Positions 15,021 through 15,220 of a stretch of DNA of 15,220 bases are shown in pieces. The first letter of the stretch is position 1; each line of letters starts with the position of its first letter. The stretch lies in NCBI GenBank assembly GCA_964652335.1, contig CAZZDL010000001.1:62181-77400 (forward strand), read 5' to 3'. Below the pieces are notes generated by a model. That model had not been told where the DNA came from. It did no database searches and saw only the letters and a list, made by a program, of their open reading frames with translations. Made by a program: the position numbers and the translations under genes. This DNA is from Candidatus Micrarchaeota archaeon (GTDB lineage Archaea; B1Sed10-29; WALL01; WAMD01).

Positions 15021-15220
15021 ATGAGGGTATTAATCACTGGAGTCACTGGGCTAGTTGGATCTAGGCTAGCTAAAAAGCTAGTAAAGGCAGGTCATAAAGT
15101 AATTGGTGTTTCAAGGCGAGATATCAAGATACCTGGAGTTGAGGTAATCAATGCAGATATAACAAAATGGGAGGATGTTAAGAAAATAAGGAAGAAGTTT
15201 GATGTTGTGTATCATCTCGC
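15021..15220 (+). CDS. NAD-dependent epimerase/dehydratase (extended SDR), 5' part truncated by the window end
   Basis: Manual translation MRVLITGVTGLVGSRLAKKLVKAGHKV...ADIT...FDVVYHL gives the Rossmann TGxxGxxG and D.V.HL motifs. Confidence 0.9.
   Translation, partial: MRVLITGVTGLVGSRLAKKLVKAGHKVIGVSRRDIKIPGVEVINADITKWEDVKKIRKKFDVVYHL

Overview
Archaeal chromosomal window. The gene content, Lys/Glu-rich proteins and GC-rich tRNAs without encoded CCA fit a small-genome euryarchaeal/DPANN-type organism, possibly thermophilic; this placement is inference. Left part: a tRNA 3' end, tRNA-Phe(GAA), then an accessory cluster of a HExxH zincin-like protein, an MscS-type channel fused to an intact C39 papain-like peptidase, a RimK-type ATP-grasp ligase and a convergent retropepsin-like (DTG) protease. 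Then serS and tRNA-Lys(CTT), whose 3' end is duplicated and followed by a structured non-coding tract, and a small membrane protein. Right part: the conserved archaeal translation superoperon (rnp4, yhbY, rps19e, PDCD5-like, rpl39e, rpl31e, aIF6, LX, pfdA, ftsY, srp54), followed by a Vps29/YfcE metallophosphoesterase, pus10, an A24 prepilin peptidase, a convergent GGGP synthase and the start of an NAD-dependent epimerase. Two signals stand out. (1) The channel-peptidase/ATP-grasp/multi-protease cluster is a candidate peptide-tagging or poly-glutamate system. (2) A 104-bp, 100% identical, in-frame coding segment is shared by rps19e and ftsY, with 50 bp of it also in rpl31e, giving three unrelated translation proteins the same Lys/Glu/Pro-rich tag.
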